This document shows, piece by piece, positions 63,801 through 64,000 of a DNA stretch of 64,000 bases; the first letter of the stretch is position 1, and each line of letters opens with the position of its first letter. The notes below the pieces were generated by a model. That model was not told where the DNA came from. It saw only the letters and a list, made by a program, of their open reading frames with translations, and searched no databases. The position numbers were made by a program, and so were the translations under genes. The stretch is from Euglena gracilis (taxonomy: Eukaryota), in assembly GCA_039621445.1 (NCBI GenBank), contig CP154954.1, positions 35,139,703 through 35,203,702 on the forward strand. The letters are read 5' to 3'.

Positions 63801-64000
63801 TGTTGGTTGCAAGAAATGAGCAGATTTAGATGGGTGCATTCGACCATTCCGGGGGACATTTACCAGGTCAGCCCAGGTTACCATGTAAAAATGGACCAAA
63901 TTGGGCCTTACTCCGAGTAACCGAATGGGTGTTCCAGGAGGCCTCCAAAGTCAGGGGACCCGTTGGTTTCATGATTGTCGTGGTTTAATGGTAAGAAAAA

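Larger units (their letters stand above)
46901..64000. repeat. 213-bp tandem satellite array (about 80 copies; open at the window's right edge)
   Basis: The period was measured directly (ACATTTAG at 54137 and 54350 = 213 bp). Consensus: A(C/G)ATTTAGATGGGTGCATTCGACCATTCCGGGGGACATTTACCAGGTCAGCCCAGGTTACCATGTAAAAATGGACCAAATTGGGCCTTACTCCGAGTAACCGAATGGGTGTTCCAGGAGGCCTCCAAAGTCAGGGGACCCGTTGGTTTCATGATTGTCGTGGTTTAATGGTAAGAAAAACATGCAGCCGGAAGGTTGGTTGCAAGAAATGAGC. Confidence 0.99.

Noticed and set aside
46850..63899. Short 64-114 aa ORFs repeated through the 213-bp array
   Set aside because: They are translations of the satellite that appear and disappear with single-base variants, and none resembles a recognisable protein.
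46901..64000. Satellite-encoded hammerhead ribozyme
   Set aside because: There is no CTGANGA core on either strand of the consensus. The minus strand has only CTGACT and CTGACC.
1..64000. Canonical telomeric repeats or an orientation switch in either array
   Set aside because: No TTAGGG-type tract was seen, and both arrays keep a single orientation throughout.

Overview
This window contains no supportable gene. It is almost entirely tandem satellite DNA, probably eukaryotic heterochromatin (centromeric or subtelomeric); the organism cannot be identified from the sequence. Positions 1-46900 are about 1,560 copies of a 30-bp monomer (CCAAGGCCACTTTGACCAAAGTGTCCCTGG) that is CpG-free and nearly palindromic. 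This array has three domains: two variant-rich domains with different higher-order repeats (about 8.7-9.0 kb and 3.33 kb duplications), and a near-homogeneous domain from about 30.7 kb. At 46900/46901 it joins, with no spacer, about 80 copies of a 213-bp monomer that runs to the window end, interrupted once by a degraded or foreign segment of about 540 bp (60266-60808). All ORFs in the track are by-products of repeat periodicity. The most interesting signals are: (i) pairing-preserving variation around a GNRA-type hairpin in the 213-bp monomer, plus a precise deletion of that hairpin; (ii) whole-monomer dyad symmetry of the 30-mer, with variants that repair it; (iii) an inverted repeat across the satellite junction that is improved by changes in the first 213-bp monomer. 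Some features could be long-read consensus artefacts and need read-level checks.
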